In this document: positions 48,686-59,991 of the stretch, piece by piece
Position numbering within the stretch: the first letter of the stretch is position 1
How the letters are laid out: every line of letters begins with the position of its first letter
Assembly: GCA_963750165.1 (NCBI GenBank)
Contig: CAVVPN010000003.1
Span: 1,376,001 to 1,440,000, forward strand
Length of the DNA stretch: 64,000 bases
Direction: 5' to 3'
Source of the DNA: an uncultured Gemmataceae bacterium
Lineage (GTDB): Bacteria > Planctomycetota > Planctomycetia > Gemmatales > Gemmataceae
The notes under the pieces: model-generated
What the model saw: only the letters and a program-made list of their open reading frames with translations
Database searches by the model: none
What the model was told of the DNA's origin: nothing
Made by a program: the position numbers and the translations under genes

Positions 48686-51226
48686 TTAGCGGTCCGGTAG
48701 CAAATCTTCAATGAAATACAGGTTGGCGTTCTCGAGATTGTTCTCCGCGGTGCCGAAGCAGAGCCGCCGGCGTTCGCCCTGCGCGGTGGGCGTGATCGTC
48801 AGCGCCGGCGACGAGCCCAGCAACGTGCCCGGCACTTCCAGCTTCTGATAATTCCAGTGGACCTTGCCGGTGTAGGCGTCGATGCAGCTGACACGGCCGT
48901 TGCTGGCGACGACGAACACCGTGTTGGCGCGGGCGTCGCCGCCGCTCACGTCCAGCGCCGGCGTCGTCACGACAGGGCTGCCGAGGTCCTTCTTCCAGCG
49001 CAACTTACCGTCGTAGCGGCCGACGCAGTACAGACTGCCGTCGCGGCAGCCGAAGTAGACGCGCAGCCGGTCGATGGCCACGCGGTTGATGACGCCATCG
49101 GCCACACGGTACGGCTCCCAGAGCGGTTTGCCCGTGGCGGCGTCCACTGCCAGCAGCGCCCCCACCGGCACGAACACACTCGAACTCTCCGTCATGCGGC
49201 CGTTGCCCAGGCCGAAGAACACCTGGCCGTTGTCCACGACCGGGCCGCCCCAGCCCGGCAGGTGGTATTTCTTGTCGCCGCCCTTTTGCAACGTCATCCA
49301 CGATGGCGTGCGCTCGAGCCAGATTTTCTTGCCCGTCGCCGCGTCCAGGCAGAAGATCGCCGGGTCGCCGAACTCCGCTGCGGTTTTCGCGTCCTCGTCG
49401 ATGCCGGCGCAACCGTACACCCGGCCGCCGGCCACCGCCAACTTGGCGTCCACGTGCAGGTGCAGGCCATCCTGCGACCCGTCGTAGCGCCACACCTGCT
49501 TGCCGGTCTTCGCGTCCAGGCAGAGTACGCCGTCGTCGCCGGCGCCAGTGTACACCTTGCCGCCCATCACCACCGGCGTCGATTCGACGTGGCTGCTGGT
49601 CGGCGCCGACTGCCACTTCAACGTGCCGGTGTCCGCGTCGATGCAGAAGACCCGGCAACCCTTGTGCTTGTGAAAGCCCTCGCCGATGTAAATGCAGCCT
49701 TCGGCGTACACCGGGGAGGAGAAGATGTGCTTCATCGGGATGGCGCCCTTGGCCTCGTCGCCGTCCTCCTTGAAAGTGTCCCAGACCTTCTGGCGCGTCT
49801 TCAGATCGAAGCAGTACACGACGCCGTCATCGACTACCCCCTGAACCGCGGCAGCGACGTAGACGCGGTCGCCGACGATCAGTGGCGACGACATGATGAA
49901 CGTGGCCTGCTCCCCCAGGCGGCAGTCGAGGTGCCAGACGCCATCCTCGCGCAGTTCGGCCGTCTGCCGGCCCTGGCCGGCCGCGTCCTGATCGGCCCTG
50001 GCTTCCTGGGCGCCGGGCCGCAGCAGCGTCAGCGCGACGCAGCCCAGCAGCGCCACCCAGAGCATGACGCCTTCCGTCGGCAAGGGCGTGCGCCGCGGGG
50101 CGGCTGGCGCCGAAGCGTCCGGTTGCCGGTGGCGTAGCACCCAGACGACCTTGTACAGTGTGCCGACCCAGACAGCTACGGAGAACGCCAGCAACAGGTC
50201 CCACCACTGGCCGTACACCGCCGGCCGGTCAATCAGGTAATAGACGACCAGGGCGGCACAGGTCAGCGTCAGCACGGTGAGCACGATCAGTTCGGTGCGG
50301 CGCGGCGGTTCCAGGGCGTCTGGCTCCGTCGCCAGCGCGTGGATGTGCCGCCGCCACGCCCACAGCGCCCCCAGTGCCGTGACGCCGAGCAGCGTCCCCC
50401 ACAAGACGGCCGGGTTCGTCCACCACGCACCCCAGTAGTTGCCGCGCTGCCAGGCGTGCAGCAGGTAGAGCGTGCTCACCGTGCTGACGACGGTGAAGAA
50501 CGCCAGCCAGCGGCGGAACAGCACCAGCACGCCGCCGAACAGGCTCGGGAACAGCAGCGCCAGGATCGCCAGCGGGCCGCCCACGCCCAGCGTCGGGATG
50601 ACCGCCAGCAGCGGGCCGCCCCCGTCCCCCCCACGCCGGCCCGTCTTCTGCGGTGCCTCGGGGCCGAACCCGGGCTTCTCCTTCTCGTTCACCGCCGGCC
50701 ATTTCTTGGCGTCCTTCAGCCCCGCGGCGAGGACTTGCTTCAGCTCCTCGGTCGTCCCCTTGAAGGTGCGCCGCAAGTACGGTTCGCCGTGCGTGAACTT
50801 CCAGGCCACGGAATCGTCGCCCGGCTTCGCGGTGGCGATCATCTGGAACCAGGTGCCGTTGGTGTACGCCAGCGCCGTGTACATGGCGCCGCGCTTCGTC
50901 ACGAACAGAACCACCGGCAGATCGATCGCGAGCCGTTTGACGAGTTGCGGCGGGTGGTTATCTTTTTTCGCTTCCGCATCTCCCGTCAGGTTGATCGGCA
51001 GGCGCCGCAGCGGTAGTTTGCCCTTGAGGTCTTCCGTAACCATCAGGACCGCCGCGGGCCGCTGCGGGTCGAGCTTATCCACCTTCGCCACCACGATGAA
51101 GTTGCCGCTCGCTACAAACGTCTTCAACGGCGTTGGGGCCGTGATGTACGCTGCCGCCTCGCCCGCCAGCCAGCCCAGCGCCAGCACCGCCGCCCCGATC
51201 CAGAAACCGCGTCGCCGCATGTTCAT
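48686..51226 (-). CDS. Membrane protein with N-terminal exported domain, ~6 TM and C-terminal PQQ/BamB-like beta-propeller
   Basis: SSP..VY, CIDADTG..W, CLDAKTGK..W repeats; central hydrophobic segments. Confidence 0.82.
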   Translation of the reverse strand: MNMRRRGFWIGAAVLALGWLAGEAAAYITAPTPLKTFVASGNFIVVAKVDKLDPQRPAAVLMVTEDLKGKLPLRRLPINLTGDAEAKKDNHPPQLVKRLAIDLPVVLFVTKRGAMYTALAYTNGTWFQMIATAKPGDDSVAWKFTHGEPYLRRTFKGTTEELKQVLAAGLKDAKKWPAVNEKEKPGFGPEAPQKTGRRGGDGGGPLLAVIPTLGVGGPLAILALLFPSLFGGVLVLFRRWLAFFTVVSTVSTLYLLHAWQRGNYWGAWWTNPAVLWGTLLGVTALGALWAWRRHIHALATEPDALEPPRRTELIVLTVLTLTCAALVVYYLIDRPAVYGQWWDLLLAFSVAVWVGTLYKVVWVLRHRQPDASAPAAPRRTPLPTEGVMLWVALLGCVALTLLRPGAQEARADQDAAGQGRQTAELREDGVWHLDCRLGEQATFIMSSPLIVGDRVYVAAAVQGVVDDGVVYCFDLKTRQKVWDTFKEDGDEAKGAIPMKHIFSSPVYAEGCIYIGEGFHKHKGCRVFCIDADTGTLKWQSAPTSSHVESTPVVMGGKVYTGAGDDGVLCLDAKTGKQVWRYDGSQDGLHLHVDAKLAVAGGRVYGCAGIDEDAKTAAEFGDPAIFCLDAATGKKIWLERTPSWMTLQKGGDKKYHLPGWGGPVVDNGQVFFGLGNGRMTESSSVFVPVGALLAVDAATGKPLWEPYRVADGVINRVAIDRLRVYFGCRDGSLYCVGRYDGKLRWKKDLGSPVVTTPALDVSGGDARANTVFVVASNGRVSCIDAYTGKVHWNYQKLEVPGTLLGSSPALTITPTAQGERRRLCFGTAENNLENANLYFIEDLLPDR

Positions 51227-51448
51227 GTCTCCGTTCCGCTCTCCGTGGAAGGCGATGCGTTCAGCGTCTTCGCCCCATCTTAACCATGCCTTCACGACGG
51301 GGGAAGCAGGCCCGGTGAAAAAGCGCTGACACTTTTGTCATCCCCGACCCGTCCATCTGCCAAAGTGACAGCGCCCCCGCAACCGCTCGCAACCGTCATC
51401 TTTGCGCAGATCGTTGTACAGCAAAATCTTACGTCGTCGCTGACGTAC

Positions 51449-51464
51449 TGGCACAACGCTTGCT
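51449..51464 (+). promoter_or_regulatory. Putative sigma54 (-24/-12) promoter of the chaperone cluster
   Basis: TGGCACAACGCTTGCT matches TGGCAC-N5-TTGCW exactly; IHF-like AGCAAAATCTTA at 51420-51431. Confidence 0.7.
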
Positions 51465-51606
51465 TACACCAACTCCATTCCCAAGGGAGAATCCCTGGCC
51501 CGAGCCGGCCGGAGAAACTCACCCCCTTTTGACGCAGGCGAACGCAAAAACACTCCCTCGGCCCGGGGCCGAGGGGACGGCTGGCAATGAAAAAGGAGAT
51601 GCGTGG

Positions 51607-53310
<1,704 letters not shown>

Positions 53311-53314
53311 CTGA

Positions 53315-53450
53315 ATTGCAGATTTGAGATTGCAGATGGAAAGACTTTGGGTTCGCAGTACCGGCTTTAGCCGGAATCGGCGACCCAGCTTCCGCCTGAA
53401 GGCGGTACTACAAACCAGAGTCTTTCAATCTGCAATCTCAAATCTGCAAT
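53315..53450. repeat. Inverted 7-mer tandem-repeat arms enclosing a GTAG-type REP pair
   Basis: ATTGCAG ATTTGAG ATTGCAG ... CTGCAAT CTCAAAT CTGCAAT. Confidence 0.85.
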
Positions 53451-53472
53451 CTTCCTGGAGGGCTCTCCGAAC

Positions 53473-53796
53473 ATGGCACGAGAACCGGCAACGAAAGACG
53501 TGGCATTGAAGATTCGGCCGCTGGACGACCGTGTGGTGGTCGAGCCGCTGGAGGCGGAGGAGATGACGAAAGGCGGCATTTTGCTGCCGGACACCGCCAA
53601 GCAGAAGCCGCAGCGCGGCCGTGTCCTGGCGGTCGGCCCCGGCAAATTGCAGGAGAACGGCCAGCGTGCCGTGCTGGCGGTCGCCAAGGGCGATGAGGTC
53701 ATCTACGGCCGCTACGCCGGCAATGACATCGAGATCGAGCGCCGCGAGATCAAGATTCTGCGCGAGAGCGACATCCTGGCGAAGGTCGTGAAGTAA
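53473..53796 (+). CDS. groS: Co-chaperonin GroES
   Basis: IRPLDDRVVV, TKGGILLPDTAK, AVGPG, LRESDILA. Confidence 0.97.
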   Translation: MAREPATKDVALKIRPLDDRVVVEPLEAEEMTKGGILLPDTAKQKPQRGRVLAVGPGKLQENGQRAVLAVAKGDEVIYGRYAGNDIEIERREIKILRESDILAKVVK

Positions 53797-53804
53797 ATCA
53801 TTCC

Positions 53805-53904
53805 TTGGCCACAGAGGACACAGAGAACACCGAGAGAAAATACAGAGAAACAATTCATTGGAATTGGGTTTTCTCTCGGTGTTCTCTGTGTCCTCTGTGG
53901 CTAA
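53805..53904. repeat. Inverted 9-mer tandem-repeat hairpin
   Basis: GCCACAGAGGACACAGAGAACACCGAGAGAAAA ... TTTTCTCTCGGTGTTCTCTGTGTCCTCTGTGGC. Confidence 0.88.
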
Positions 53905-53928
53905 TACTTAACCGGAGAAACGCGCACA

Positions 53929-55575
53929 ATGGCGAAACAATTGCTCTACACCGACGAGGCCCGCAAGAAGTTGCTGCAAGGCGCCGACAAGCTCGCCCGC
54001 GCCGTCGGCAGCACCCTCGGGCCGACCGGCCGCAATGTCATCATCGACAAGTCGTTCGGCGGCCCCACCGTCACCAAGGACGGCGTCACCGTCAGCAAGG
54101 AAATTGACCTGCCCGATCCGTTCGAGAACATGGGCGCCAAGCTCGTCAACGCCGTCGCCCAGAAGACCAGCGACGTGGCCGGCGACGGCACCACCACCGC
54201 CACCATCCTGGCGCTGTCCATCTATCAGGAGGGCCTGCGCAACATCACCGCCGGCGCCAACCCGATGGCCGTCAAGCGTGGCATCGACAAGGCGGTCAGC
54301 GCCGCCGTCGAGAGCCTGGAAAGCCTGACCAGGCGGATTCCCCCGATCGACAAGGGCGGTCGGGAAATGCTGACCCACATCGCCAGCATCAGCGCCAACA
54401 ACGATCTGGTCATCGGCGAACTGATGGCCGACGCCTTCTCGAAGGTCGGCAAGGATGGCGTCATCACCGTCGAGGAGGGCAAGACCTCCGAGACGACGCT
54501 CGACTTCGTGGAAGGGATGCAGTTCGACAAGGGCTACATCTCGCCCTACTTCGTGACCAGTGCGCAGGACATGAAGTGTGAGATGGAAGACCCGCTCATC
54601 CTCATTTACGAGAAGAAACTGTCCGGCGTTCGCGACATGCTGCCGCTGCTGGAGAAGGTGGCGCAGGCCGCCAAGCCGCTGTTGATTATCGCCGAGGACG
54701 TGGAGAGCGAGGCGCTGGCGGCCCTGGTGGTCAACAAGCTGCGCGGCGTCCTGCAGGTGTGCGCGGTCAAGGCGCCCGGCTTCGGCGACCGCCGCAAGGC
54801 CATGCTCGGCGACATCGCCGTGCTGACCGGCGGCCAGTTCATCAGCGAGGACCTGGGTCTGAAGCTGGAGAACGTCACGCTCGACCAGCTCGGCAAGGCC
54901 AAGCAAGTGCGCGTCGAGAAGGAGAGTTGCACCATCGTCGCGCCGCCGGACAAGAAACAAAAGGGCTTGATCCAGAAGCGCATCGACCAGATCAAGGCGC
55001 AGATGGAGCAGACCGAGAGCGAGTACGACAAGGAGAAGTTCTCCGAGCGGTTGGCGAAGTTGACGGGCGGTGTGGCCATCATCCGCGTCGGCACCGCCAC
55101 CGAGGCGGACATGAAGCAGAAGAAGGCGCGCGTCGAGGACGCCCTGCACGCGACACGCGCGGCCGTTGAGGAGGGCACGCTGCCCGGCGGCGGCGTCGCC
55201 TGCATTCGCGCCATCCCGGCCGTCGAGGCCCTGGCCGGAAAGCTCAAGGGCGACGAGAAGGCGGGGGCCGAGATCGTGGCGCGGGCGCTGGAGAAGCCGG
55301 TGCGGGTCATCGCGGAGAACTCCGGCACCGACGGCGCGGTTGTGGCCGACGAGGTGCGGATCCGCGGTGAGAAAAACGCCAACTTCGGGTATAATGCCAA
55401 TACCGGCGCGTACGAGGACATGTACAAGGCCGGCATTGTGGACCCGACCAAGGTGACGCGGAGCGCGCTGCAGAACGCCGCCAGCATCGCGGGCCTGATG
55501 CTCACGACCGAGGTGATGGTCACCAAGATCGATGAGGACGAGCCCAAGAGCAAGGTGGCGGGCGCGGTCCGCTGA
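53929..55575 (+). CDS. groL: Chaperonin GroEL (copy 2, no GGM tail)
   Basis: [33 protein letters not shown]. Confidence 0.98.
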   Translation: MAKQLLYTDEARKKLLQGADKLARAVGSTLGPTGRNVIIDKSFGGPTVTKDGVTVSKEIDLPDPFENMGAKLVNAVAQKTSDVAGDGTTTATILALSIYQEGLRNITAGANPMAVKRGIDKAVSAAVESLESLTRRIPPIDKGGREMLTHIASISANNDLVIGELMADAFSKVGKDGVITVEEGKTSETTLDFVEGMQFDKGYISPYFVTSAQDMKCEMEDPLILIYEKKLSGVRDMLPLLEKVAQAAKPLLIIAEDVESEALAALVVNKLRGVLQVCAVKAPGFGDRRKAMLGDIAVLTGGQFISEDLGLKLENVTLDQLGKAKQVRVEKESCTIVAPPDKKQKGLIQKRIDQIKAQMEQTESEYDKEKFSERLAKLTGGVAIIRVGTATEADMKQKKARVEDALHATRAAVEEGTLPGGGVACIRAIPAVEALAGKLKGDEKAGAEIVARALEKPVRVIAENSGTDGAVVADEVRIRGEKNANFGYNANTGAYEDMYKAGIVDPTKVTRSALQNAASIAGLMLTTEVMVTKIDEDEPKSKVAGAVR

Positions 55576-55577
55576 GG

Positions 55578-55668
55578 ATGACAAGGTGACCAGGTGACCA
55601 GGTGACCAGGTGACAGACGGCAACCCCGATGGTCACCTGGTCACTCGATCACCTGGTTACCTTGTCAT
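55578..55668. repeat. Inverted 8-mer tandem-repeat hairpin
   Basis: ATGACAAGG(TGACCAGG)x3 ... GTCACCTGGTCACTCGATCACCTGGTTACCTTGTCAT. Confidence 0.88.
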
Positions 55669-55679
55669 GGAGGATAAGT

Positions 55680-56837
55680 ATGGCCGGCGGCAAGCGGGAC
55701 TATTACGAAGTGCTCGGCGTCAGCAAGGAAGTCAGTGCGGAGGAGCTGAAGAAGGCGTACCGCACGCTGGCCATGAAGTACCACCCCGACCGCAACCACG
55801 GCGACGAGGAGGCGGCGGTCAAGTTCAAGGAAGCGGCCGAGGCGTATGAGGTCCTGAGCAACCCCGACAAACGGCAGCGCTACGACCGCTACGGCCACGC
55901 CGGACTCGGCGACGCTGCCGCTCCGCACTTCGAGAACGCTGAGGACATCTTCAGCGTCTTTGGCGACCTGTTCGGCGAAATCTTCGGCGGTGGTGGTCGC
56001 CGTCGGCAGCAGCAGCCCAGCGGCCCGCAGGCCGGCGACGACCTGGTGGCGCGGCTGGAGATCGAACTGATCGAGGCGTACCGCGGCTGCACCAAGTCGG
56101 TCACCATCCCGCGCGAGGAGCACTGCGACACCTGCCACGGCACCGGGGCCAAGCCGGGCACCAAGCCGGTGATGTGCCGGCAGTGCGGCGGCCGCGGCGT
56201 GGTGCAACTGGGCCACGGCTTCATCCGTATTCCGCAGCGCTGCGGCGCCTGCGGCGGTCGCGGCGTCATCATCACCGAGGTGTGCCCGAAGTGCCGCGGT
56301 CAGGCCCGGGTGGCCACGCGGCGCACCCTGGAGGTGACCATCCCGGCCGGCGTGGACAATGGCGCCCGCCAGATGCCGCCGCTGCGCGGCGAGGGCGGTC
56401 TCGGCGAACCGGGCGCAGCGCGCGGCGACCTGTACTTTGAAATCCACGTCAAACCGCACTCGATGTTCAAGCGGGACGGCGATCATCTGCTGTGCCAGGT
56501 GCCGATCGGCTTCAGCCAGGCGGCGCTGGGCGGCCCCATTCAGGTGCCGACGCTGGACGGCCCGATCACGCACGAGATCAAGAGCGGTCTCCAGAGCTAC
56601 ACGCGCATCGTGGTCCACGGCAAGGGCATGCCCACCGTGCGCGGCAAGCGCCGCGGCGACCTGTATGTCGAGCTGGTCATCGAGACGCCGACGCATCTGA
56701 CCAAACGGCAGGAGGAGCTGTACCGCGAGTTGGCCGAGATCGAGGGCAAGAACGTTTCGCCGCAGCGCAAGAGTTTCTTCGAGCAGTTGAAGGGCCTGTT
56801 CACCGGCGACCACGCGGAAGGGGCCAAAAAGCCCTGA
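55680..56837 (+). CDS. dnaJ: Chaperone DnaJ
   Basis: RDYYEVLGV, HPD motif, four CxxCxGxG-type zinc repeats; GGAGG RBS. Confidence 0.97.
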   Translation: MAGGKRDYYEVLGVSKEVSAEELKKAYRTLAMKYHPDRNHGDEEAAVKFKEAAEAYEVLSNPDKRQRYDRYGHAGLGDAAAPHFENAEDIFSVFGDLFGEIFGGGGRRRQQQPSGPQAGDDLVARLEIELIEAYRGCTKSVTIPREEHCDTCHGTGAKPGTKPVMCRQCGGRGVVQLGHGFIRIPQRCGACGGRGVIITEVCPKCRGQARVATRRTLEVTIPAGVDNGARQMPPLRGEGGLGEPGAARGDLYFEIHVKPHSMFKRDGDHLLCQVPIGFSQAALGGPIQVPTLDGPITHEIKSGLQSYTRIVVHGKGMPTVRGKRRGDLYVELVIETPTHLTKRQEELYRELAEIEGKNVSPQRKSFFEQLKGLFTGDHAEGAKKP

Positions 56838-56902
56838 GCGGAATGACAGTTGCAGATGCTTGCGTTGGACGGCCGGCCCTTTGCAATTGAGGGAGTAGCA
56901 CC

Positions 56903-57469
56903 GTGAGCGAAGCCAAGACCACCCCCGAGCAAAAGTCCGCGGCCGACGGCGCCACGCCGGAGCCGTCGCAGGCGACCGCCAGCCCGCAGGAACTCGCGGA
57001 GTTGCGCAAGTGCGCCGCCGAGCGCGACCAGTACCTGGACCTGCTGCAGCGCACCCGTGCCGACTTCGAGAACTACCAGAAACGCAACCGTCAGGAGCGC
57101 GAGCAGGAGCGGAAGTACCAGTATGGGCCGCTGGTGCGCGACCTGCTGCCGGTGTTCGACAACCTGCAGCGCACCATCGTGGCGGCGGAGCAGGCCGGCG
57201 AAAAAGGGCCGCTGGTGCAGGGCGTCCACATGGTGCAGGCGCAGTTTTTGGAACTGCTCAAGCGCCACGGCATCACGCGCATCGAGGCGCGGCCGGGCCA
57301 GCCGTTTGACCACAACCTGCACGAGGCCATCCAGCAGGTGCTGGCGCCCGGTCAGCCGCCGGACACGATTGTGCAGGTGGTCGAGTACGGTTTCTTGAAC
57401 CACGACCGGGTGCTGCGGCCGGCCAAGGTGGTCGTGTCCGCGGCCGCGCCGGCAAAATCGGAGCGCTAA
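56903..57469 (+). CDS. grpE: Nucleotide exchange factor GrpE
   Basis: RADFENYQKR, LLPVFDNL, FDHNLHEA, RVLRPAKVVV. Confidence 0.96.
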   Translation: MSEAKTTPEQKSAADGATPEPSQATASPQELAELRKCAAERDQYLDLLQRTRADFENYQKRNRQEREQERKYQYGPLVRDLLPVFDNLQRTIVAAEQAGEKGPLVQGVHMVQAQFLELLKRHGITRIEARPGQPFDHNLHEAIQQVLAPGQPPDTIVQVVEYGFLNHDRVLRPAKVVVSAAAPAKSER

Positions 57470-57507
57470 GCCGCCAGCGGCAGAAAGACGAGAAGAGGGG
57501 TCAAACC

Positions 57508-57852
57508 ATGCCAACCTACGAATATGTTTGTGACGCCTGCGGCCACCAGTTCGACGAGTTCCAGTCGTTCTCGGACGAGCCGTTGACGAAGTGCCCGGAG
57601 TGCAAGAAGAAAAAACTGCGACGGCTGTTCGGCACCGGGGCCGGCATCATCTTCAAGGGCTCCGGTTTTTACGAAACGGACTACCGCAGCGAATCGTACA
57701 AGAGTGCCGCCAAGAAGGACTCGGAGGCCGCCAAGCCCACTGCCGAGAGCAACGGTACGGCGAGCGGCGACAAGCCGGCGAACGGCGCCGGGGGGGCGAA
57801 GGACGCCGGCACCACAAAATCCGCGGGGAAAAGTCCCAAGTCCAGCACGTGA
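57508..57852 (+). CDS. FmdB-family zinc-ribbon protein
   Basis: MPTYEYVCDACG..CPEC..FKGSGFYETDY. Confidence 0.92.
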   Translation: MPTYEYVCDACGHQFDEFQSFSDEPLTKCPECKKKKLRRLFGTGAGIIFKGSGFYETDYRSESYKSAAKKDSEAAKPTAESNGTASGDKPANGAGGAKDAGTTKSAGKSPKSST

Positions 57853-57859
57853 GTTTCCG

Positions 57860-58057
57860 ATGATTAGGGTACGCTGCCCGATCTGTGACCGCCTGATGCA
57901 AGGCCAGGGACCGGCCGAGTGGCCGCAGTTCCCCTTCTGTAGCGACCGGTGTCGGTTGATCGACCTCGGCCGTTGGCTGGGCGAAGACTACCGCGTCAGC
58001 GATGACCCCACGGAGGAGTCGCCCGCGGAGTCGGACGCTGGGAACGATTCCCCTTAA
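57860..58057 (+). CDS. yacG: DNA gyrase inhibitor YacG
   Basis: CPIC..FPFCSDRCRLIDLGRWLGEDY with an acidic tail. Confidence 0.9.
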   Translation: MIRVRCPICDRLMQGQGPAEWPQFPFCSDRCRLIDLGRWLGEDYRVSDDPTEESPAESDAGNDSP

Positions 58058-58089
58058 GCCGGCCGGTCCTTCGGCCGTTCCCTCATAGA

Positions 58090-58123
58090 AGAGGCGTGGC
58101 TCTCCGGCCACGCCTCTCTTTTT
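58090..58123 (+). terminator. Rho-independent terminator of the chaperone cluster
   Basis: AGAGGCGTGGC/GCCACGCCTCT stem followed by CTTTTT. Confidence 0.8.
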
Positions 58124-58135
58124 GCGCCCGGGTCA

Positions 58136-58188
58136 GAGCCCGAGCGCCAGCGCGGGGCCAAGTCGGCCCCGCGCTGGCGCTCGGGCTC
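58136..58188. repeat. REP-like inverted repeat GAGCCCGAGCGCCAGCGCGGGGCC
   Basis: Perfect 24-bp inverted repeat with a 5-nt loop. Confidence 0.75.
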
Positions 58189-58196
58189 GGAGCGCG

Positions 58197-59384
58197 TTAC
58201 GCCAGCAATTCCGCCAGCGCCTGCGCCAGCCGATCAATCTCGTCCGTCGTGTTGTAAAAGTGCGTCGAAACCCGCACGAGTGGCCCCTCCGGCCGCTCCA
58301 CGACCGGCGCCTCGATGCGTCGCTCCCACAACCCACGACGCAACTCTGGCGGCCGCACCTTCGCCGGCAACCGAAACGCCGTCAGAAAGCCGTGCAGTTC
58401 CGGGTGCGGCGGCGTCGCCAGCGTCATGCCGTGCAGTCCTTCCAGACGGCGGCGCGTGTAACACACCAGCTCCTCGTTGCGTTCGCGGATGTGCTGCGCA
58501 CCGAGCGCCGTTTGAAAATCGATGGCCGCCGGCACCGCCAACCAGGGGCATACGTCGCGCGTGCCCTCGAACTCCAGGAAGCGCAGCCGTGGTGTCGAGC
58601 CGAACTCGTCGGGCTCATCCGGCGCACGGCCGCGGTCGGGCCGCCAACCCCAGCTGACCTGCAACGGCTGCAACCGGTCCTCCTGTCCCGGGCCAATGTA
58701 CAGGAAGCCGGAGCCGCTCGGCGCCAGCAGCCACTTGTGACAGTTGCCGCCGTAGAAGTCGGCGCCGAGTCGGGCCAGGTCGAGCGGCAGCATCGCCGGC
58801 GCGTGCGCCCCGTCCACGACGCTGAGCACGCCACGCCGCCGCGCCGCCGCGCACAACTCGCGGGCCGGCAGCACCAGGCCGGTCGGCGACAGCACATGGC
58901 TGAAGAACAGCAGCCGCGTCCGCGGCGTCATGGCGGCCTCGGCGGCGGCGACGATTTCCGCGCGGTCATCGGCCAGGATCGGCAGCGGAAAGGTGCGGAT
59001 GGTCAGTCCCTGGCGCTGGGCGGCGCGTTCCCAGCACCAGTGCATCGCTCCGTATTCGTGGTCGGTCAGCAGGATGTCGCCGGGCGCCGCCAGCCGCAGC
59101 GATTGGGCGACGAGGTTGACGGACGTGGAGACGTTGGCGGTGAAGACGAGCCGCTGCGGCTCCGCGCCCAGGAATTGCCCGAGCCGCGTGCGTGCCTCCC
59201 ACAGCAGCGGCGGCAGTTGACGGAGGAAGAAATCCATCGGCTCCGCCGCGAGCCGCTGCCGCAGCGCGGTGGCGTACTCGAAGACCGGCCGCGGCAATGG
59301 GCCCCAGGAGCCGGTGTTGAGGTTGGTGACGGTAGGGTCGAGCAACATTTGCTCGCGGGCCTGGGACCAGAGGGTTTCGGACAT
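58197..59384 (-). CDS. Class V PLP enzyme (isopenicillin-N epimerase/EgtE-like)
   Basis: LNTGSWG, DHEYGA, SHVLSPTG, DGAHAP, GNCHKWL, RVSTHFYN. Confidence 0.9.
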   Translation of the reverse strand: MSETLWSQAREQMLLDPTVTNLNTGSWGPLPRPVFEYATALRQRLAAEPMDFFLRQLPPLLWEARTRLGQFLGAEPQRLVFTANVSTSVNLVAQSLRLAAPGDILLTDHEYGAMHWCWERAAQRQGLTIRTFPLPILADDRAEIVAAAEAAMTPRTRLLFFSHVLSPTGLVLPARELCAAARRRGVLSVVDGAHAPAMLPLDLARLGADFYGGNCHKWLLAPSGSGFLYIGPGQEDRLQPLQVSWGWRPDRGRAPDEPDEFGSTPRLRFLEFEGTRDVCPWLAVPAAIDFQTALGAQHIRERNEELVCYTRRRLEGLHGMTLATPPHPELHGFLTAFRLPAKVRPPELRRGLWERRIEAPVVERPEGPLVRVSTHFYNTTDEIDRLAQALAELLA

Positions 59385-59482
59385 GCGCTCGATCCGGCTT
59401 TTCCGCTGTTGCTGGTGGGGTTAAGATGATACCAACTGGAATAAGCTATCGGGACGCCGCGTTTCCGGCGAGGGCAAAAAAC

Positions 59483-59971
59483 GTGCTCGCGAAACCCATC
59501 GACGCCCAGGTCATCAACGGCCACCTCCACCACCAGGACCGGTGACGAACCGCCGGACCATTTGGAGGTGGAAAAGGATATTTACGTGCCCATGCCCTTT
59601 CAGCGTGGGACGTTGCCGCACAGTGCGATTCTTCCCGGAGGACCCCTGGAGCCGTGCCTCATCGTGCCGGAGGATTGGGCCGATGGCGAATGACTACCCC
59701 TGGTACGCGGCCGTGGCGGAAAGTCACCTGGAACAGGGCAATTTGTTCCAGGGGTGTCCTGGTCTCCCCCCGTTGTGGCCTGGTCTCCGGACCAGGCCAC
59801 GACCATGACCGAAGGTCTCCTCTTCAAGCGCCTGGCACTCGGGGAGACCTTCGGTCGGGGCCCGTGGCCTGGTCCGGAGACCAGGCCACAACGGAGGCGG
59901 CCACAACGGAGGCGGCGTTCGCCCGCTTCTTCAGGCGGGTCGGTTTGCCCATCGACGTACCGCCGTTCTGA
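59483..59971 (+). pseudogene. Degraded two-gene module (toxin-antitoxin-like); second gene interrupted by a REP element
   Basis: Fragments VLAKPIDAQVINGHL and ..PEDWADGE* overlap the ATG at 59683 (MANDYPWY..LEQG..CP); C-terminal AFARFFRRVGLPIDVPPF* follows the REP. Confidence 0.5.
59770..59894. repeat. Composite REP-hairpin-REP element
   Basis: GTGGCCTGGTCTCCGGACCAGGCCAC ... GACCGAAGGTCTCC/GGAGACCTTCGGTC ... inverted REP; homologous to ~43389-43511. Confidence 0.85.
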
Positions 59972-59991
59972 TGCTTCAGAAATCAAAGCGG

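Noticed and set aside
51300..51606. CIRCE/HrcA operator
   Set aside because: No TTAGCACTC-N9-GAGTGCTAA match seen
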